DNA of 64,000 nt from Haliotis rubra. Taxonomy: Eukaryota. The stretch spans positions 186,001 to 250,000 of the forward strand of contig NW_025767705.1 in the NCBI RefSeq assembly GCF_003918875.1, read 5' to 3'. The stretch's first letter is position 1; every line of letters begins with the position of its first letter. The notes beneath the pieces are model-generated. The model saw only the letters and a program-made list of their open reading frames with translations. It was not told the origin of the DNA and made no database searches. Below are positions 59,801 through 64,000 of the stretch, piece after piece. A program made the translations under genes and the position numbers.

Positions 59801-62800
59801 AGAGCGGAAGGTCGCGGGTTCGATCCCCACCACGCCATACCAAAAGACGCTAAAATATGGTACTTGTTGGTCCCCTGCCTGGGCCGGCATTAATGGGAAC
59901 AACAAGGACTGGTCGGCTCAGAGTCAGTATAATGTGTCTGAGTGGGGTATTCTTGCTTCACTGCGGCATGGTATCTCAGTGAGCTAGCACTATAAAACTA
60001 GCTTAAGTCTGGGCTAGTACAAGCAGCCGCGACATACACATACACACGCATGCACGCCATATGAGTGAAATATTCTCGGCACGACGTAAAACCCAATTTC
60101 ACCTCACCTCACCTCTGGTGTATTGGACACTTGTCATCCATCTTGCGCAGGCGCCGACTGTTCCAGCTATGTACAGCAAGAACCTAGGGAGGCTGGCTAA
60201 CGACATGTTGAACAAGGACCCACAGCTCAGGCCTCATGCTGTGGACATCGTCAAACAACTACAGGTGGGACTTAATACACTGCTTCCCGTAAGACTGCCA
60301 ATTTATTGTAAATTATGATAAATAAAACCATTTCTGATGTCTTTTCAGTTTTATAAAGCATCTAAATTTTGGAAATGTTTTCAAATAATTCCCTAAAGTT
60401 TTGATTATTGTGTCAAACACAACATGCTTTAATGTTTTTCCACATTTACTTTCAGAAATTATAGATAGAGAGAAAAAGAGAGAAATAATACATTGTTGCC
60501 ACACAGTTGATGAGACTGCACCATTTGCTATAGAGTTTAGGGTAGCTTACTCTGATGAAATCTTTTTCTATTTTGAAATCTTATTTTATGTAAGAATGTA
60601 ATCAATGATCTGTCTCCAGTCAAACCAAGAGAGACCCAGCTCAGGGGATATGAAGATCTCGCCACGGAGCAGACGCCGTCTGTCAACATCTCGAAGTGAC
60701 AGCCGAGTAGACATGCCCGATCTTACGCCATCACTACGCTCAGACCGACACGCCATTGTCGACTCCCTCATGACGTTCTTCAGGCAGAACACGGCAACAG
60801 GCTTAGGGAACGGATTTGAGATCGGCGTTCTGTCGTCCACAAAATCTGCACTGTCAAGGACTGTTAAAACAATATGGACGCGTAATCCTAGTCAGGAGGA
60901 GACAACTCAGTTTGTGAGAAAATTCGGGACAGGGTTGCAAAATGGGGATAATCCTCATAGTGATGATATGGTGGACAATATTGGATACGGAGAGACGTCT
61001 GGTGTTCATGACACTGTGAAGAAGAGCCCAAGAAAACGTGATAAGACGTCATCGCAGAGATCCATGCTCAGAGACTATTACCAAGCTGTTGAAATGTACG
61101 ATGATAATTATTATGACATCCAGCCTGACCCTGATGACGTCATTCAGTGGGCGAGACAGAATCTGGCATCTTGTAACGTATCAGCTGAACCTCCTTCCAA
61201 AGATTCCATTGATGAGGTATATAGCAGCACTCATTTTCTAGTACATAAAAACTTATGAATTATTAGGTCTGCCCCAAATGATCGATAATCAGAAATATTG
61301 TTGTCGAAAAGTTATTGGACTCTTCATAACGAGGGGGTGTGATGATGATTTTTAAGGAGAACCATGTACAATGTGAGTGACCCTCCTGCGTGTCATGTAC
61401 AAGATCAGTGACACTTCCCCCCCCTTCCTCCCTCCACCCCCGTATATGTAGCAAAAATTGATTAAAACACCCACATGTGTACAAAATTGATGTCCCCCAC
61501 TACCTCCCCAGAACAAAATGTGCCCACCCCTCCCCAAAAAAAAAAAAAAAAAATCATCACGCCTCTAGCTATAAATTATAAAAGGTCATTAAAAGGTGAT
61601 CGATATGAAAATTGTGTCATTGACAATATCCTATATAATGTATTGTGTTGAGAAAGAGCGTTATTTTATTCACACATTACACAGAATTAGGCCTTTATTC
61701 CTCGGCTGCTTGTGACTTATGTTCAGGATGTTGTTTTTGATAGTAATCCATGCATTAAAATGGCATCACCACTTATCAGTGATCTTAAATATGTTGATTT
61801 CTTTCAGACATTTTGGGCAGTTTTGCTCAAAGTTACTTTTCTGATAATAGTCAATCGATATATAGTTAATGATTATCTCTATGATCTATATGTGGGTATA
61901 CAACTTGCTACAGCAATGGTCAAGTGAGGAAACTATATGCTGCCATATTTTACTTGACATATTCTGCCTGTGGGGACTGAAACCTAGGTTAGTTTGTGTG
62001 GAGAGAGAACAATTTGTTTCCAGTGTGTTTTCGTTAACCCTGAAAAGCTGAAAGGACCCAGAACCATAACAAGTTGTGGGTCCGGATCAGAATGTGTAGG
62101 CCCTATATTTTAGCTACAATTTAATTCCCAGCAAAAAACCAAAAATGTGAGTTAAAAAAAGGCCCTATCTTAGTTATCTAAACTGCTTCCTCGAAAATGA
62201 TAGTCGTTTTACTAACAGACAAGATTTGCTGAATGAGATAAAATTTAGAAATTACTGAATGATATTTTCTGAAAAATAATACACTTAGTTATTGGGGATG
62301 AAAACGCTGTCGGCGATAAGGACCTGCAGAAAACAAAAGCTGTGGGTCCGAGTGGTTTTTAGTCAGCTTCGGGCCTAAGGACCAGCGTTAATTTTGAATG
62401 CTGTTTGTTTCACACATTGTGCCTATATTAGGAATAGAACTTGGATCTTCGAGTGTGGAAAGACAGCAGCTTGACTAATAGGTGAATAATCTGCTGCGTA
62501 GGGGCAGTGGGGTAGCCTAGTGGTTAAAGAGTTTGCTTGGCAAGATCTGGGTTTGATTCCCGATATGGTTACAAGTCGCAAGGCCCATTTCTGGTGTCTC
62601 CAACTGGGATATTGCTGGAATATTGTGGCCTAAATCTAACTGGCTTGGCTTCTGATATTCAATTATTCTTGACATGTAAATCCAATCGGAACGTTTGGAT
62701 CAACTTTCGCCACCTGAAAGCTTAACAGTCAGTGAGCACAGAGTGATTATATTTGTTCTGTGTGAGTTTCTTTTGTTAGGCCTGAAATTTTTTAAATAAC

Positions 62801-63110
62801 TTTCTGGAGAAACATAGCTAAACTGTTGAAGAAAAATCTGAAAATTTGCTTTTTGTTGTTAAAAAAAAATGATCAATTTATTTAAGATTATATTTATTCC
62901 CAGTTTATGAAAAGACCTAATCTCATCATATTCTGCAAACTAGTAGAAATTGATGTCAGGTTTGTAATACAGGAACTAAAGATCTTAGTAACATACTTGC
63001 AACATTCATATGAATATGGTATTCTGAATCTTGTTCTTTCATTTAGCCCAAGTCAAGACAACCACCAGATGCAAAACTAAAAACAAGGAAGAAGAAAAAT
63101 TTCTTGAAAG
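50783..63110 (+). CDS. NIMA-related kinase, NEK4-like, copy 3 (more divergent, 3' end outside window); exons 50783-50875, 52335-52610, 54210-54310, 57381-57477, 58785-58892, 60151-60264, 60620-61216, 63047-63110
   Basis: [61 protein letters not shown]; exons 3-5 have the same sizes (101, 97, 108 nt) as in copies 1 and 2. Confidence 0.88.
52335..52610 (+). CDS. NEK-like copy 3 exon 2
   Basis: YALKVID...IAKALQ|gtgagt. Confidence 0.9.
53531..54031. repeat. 120-bp tandem repeat, ~4.2 near-identical copies
   Basis: Units start at 53531, 53651, 53771, 53891, 54010. Confidence 0.92.
54210..54310 (+). CDS. NEK-like copy 3 exon 3
   Basis: [34 protein letters not shown]. Confidence 0.92.
55387..55556 (+). 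mobile_element. SINE family A copy
   Basis: Full-length match to consensus. Confidence 0.85.
55674..57356. mobile_element. Long-TIR element (>100 bp TIRs, 10-bp TSD TATTGAACGA) containing a LINE fragment
   Basis: TIR core actgagtctaacaaaccctagtagaaggtc.cgtcagctaacc inverted at both ends; TSD at 55664-55673 and 57357-57366. Confidence 0.75.
56150..57100 (-). mobile_element. Degenerate LINE (L1/Tx1-like) ORF2 3' fragment
   Basis: EPIWLN..F..KSWFSKG..TI, ..[11 protein letters not shown]...DVKL..F remnants typical of the post-RT region; many stops. Confidence 0.6.
57381..57477 (+). CDS. NEK-like copy 3 exon 4
   Basis: [32 protein letters not shown]. Confidence 0.92.
58785..58892 (+). CDS. NEK-like copy 3 exon 5
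   Basis: [36 protein letters not shown]. Confidence 0.9.
59010..59530 (-). mobile_element. Degenerate tRNA-headed SINE with Meta-like central domain
   Basis: On the minus strand: tRNA-like head, then ctttgtgcgcagatcctttcagtg..gtgcacttaaaagaaccc, then an (AAT)n tail; family assignment from memory. Confidence 0.45.
59790..60113 (+). mobile_element. 5'-truncated copy of the same V-like SINE
   Basis: Aligns to reverse complement of 15817-16140. Confidence 0.8.
60151..60264 (+). CDS. NEK-like copy 3 exon 6
   Basis: [38 protein letters not shown]. Confidence 0.88.
60620..61216 (+). CDS. NEK-like copy 3 exon 7
   Basis: 597-nt open exon, ctccag|TCA ... GAG|gtatat, phase 0/0. Confidence 0.8.
63047..63110 (+). 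CDS. NEK-like copy 3 exon 8 (basic, KTRKKK)
   Basis: tttag|CCC...AAA G|gtacgt, phase 0/1 as exon 8 of the paralogs. Confidence 0.7.
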
Positions 63111-63134
63111 GTACGTCTACTTCATTTACTGAAA

Positions 63135-64000
63135 GATGGCATGTGAGTTGTATGTTGGCATGTCAGTTGTATGTTGGCATGTCAGTTGTATGTTGGCATG
63201 TGAGTTGTATGTTACACTCATGTCAGTTGTATGTTGCCAAGAACTCAGTTGTATGTTGGCATGTCAGTTGTATGTTGGCATATCAGGTGATATTGGATGA
63301 GTTGTATGTTGGCATGTCAGTTGTATGTTGGCATGTCAGTTGTATGTTGTATTGGCATGTGAGTTGTATGTTGGTATGTCAGTTGTATGTTGGCATGTCA
63401 GTTGTATGTTGGCATGTCAGTTGTATGTTGGCATGTCAGTTGTATGTTGGCATGTCAGTTGTATGTTGGCATGTGTCAGTTGTATGTTCAGCTGTATGAT
63501 GGCATGTCAGTTGTATGTTGTCTGTGTCAGTTGTATGTTGGCATGTCAGTTGTATGTTGGCATGTGAGTTGTATGTTGGCATGTGAGTTGTATGTTGGCA
63601 TGTCAGTTGTATGTTGCTGTGTCAGTTGTATGTTGGCATGTCAGTTGTATGTTGGCATGTCAGTTGTATGTTGCTGTGTCAGTTGTATGTTGGCATGTCA
63701 GTTGTATGTTGGCATGTGAGTTGTATGTTGGCATGTCAGTTGTATGTTGGCATGTCAGTTGTATGTTGGCATGTGAGTTGTATGTTGGTATGTCAGTTGT
63801 ATGTTGGCATGTGAGTTGTATGTTGGCATGTGAGTTGTATGTTGGCATGTCAGTTGTATGTTGGCATGTCAGTTGTATGTTGGCATGTCAGTTGTATGTT
63901 GGCATGTGAGTTGTATGTTGGCATGTGAGTTGTATGTTGGCATGTGAGTTGTATGTTGGTATGTCAGTTGTATGTTGGCATGTCATATGTATGTTGGCAT
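63135..64000. repeat. 19-bp minisatellite (GTTGTATGTTGGCATGTCA)n running off the window
   Basis: Direct reading. Confidence 0.95.

Noticed and set aside
63104-63909. Cys/Val-rich ORFs (VVCWHVSCMLACQLY repeats)
   Set aside because: Translation of the 19-bp minisatellite

Overview
Eukaryotic, intron- and repeat-rich genomic DNA. The SINE families resemble those of molluscs, most likely abalone (Haliotis-like; inference only). Four spliced genes can be reconstructed by eye. (1) A minus-strand divergent Q50 PRD-class-like homeobox gene (about 7664->2217, four exons, ~944 codons, TATA/Inr promoter). Its frame is broken by two in-frame stops, one clearly caused by compensating indels in homopolymer runs, so it is either an assembly error or a pseudogene. 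(2-4) A plus-strand tandem array of three NIMA-related, NEK4-like kinase genes with matching intron positions and phases: 13731-25907 (11 exons, 488 aa), 28850-42591 (11 exons, 513 aa) and 50783->63110 (8 exons seen, runs off the window). Introns and spacers hold at least four SINE families, a decayed Tc1 transposase, a MULE with a 9-bp TSD, a long-TIR element carrying a LINE fragment, several MITEs and many tandem repeats. The most notable signals are an apparent gene-conversion tract between kinase copies 1 and 2, a headless SINE family whose fixed 5' end folds into a covarying pseudoknot (possibly a ribozyme-like RNA), inverted duplications bracketing kinase exons, and MITE-derived satellites. 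Most short ORFs in the supplied track are repeat-derived noise. Exon boundaries were read manually; repeat boundaries are approximate.
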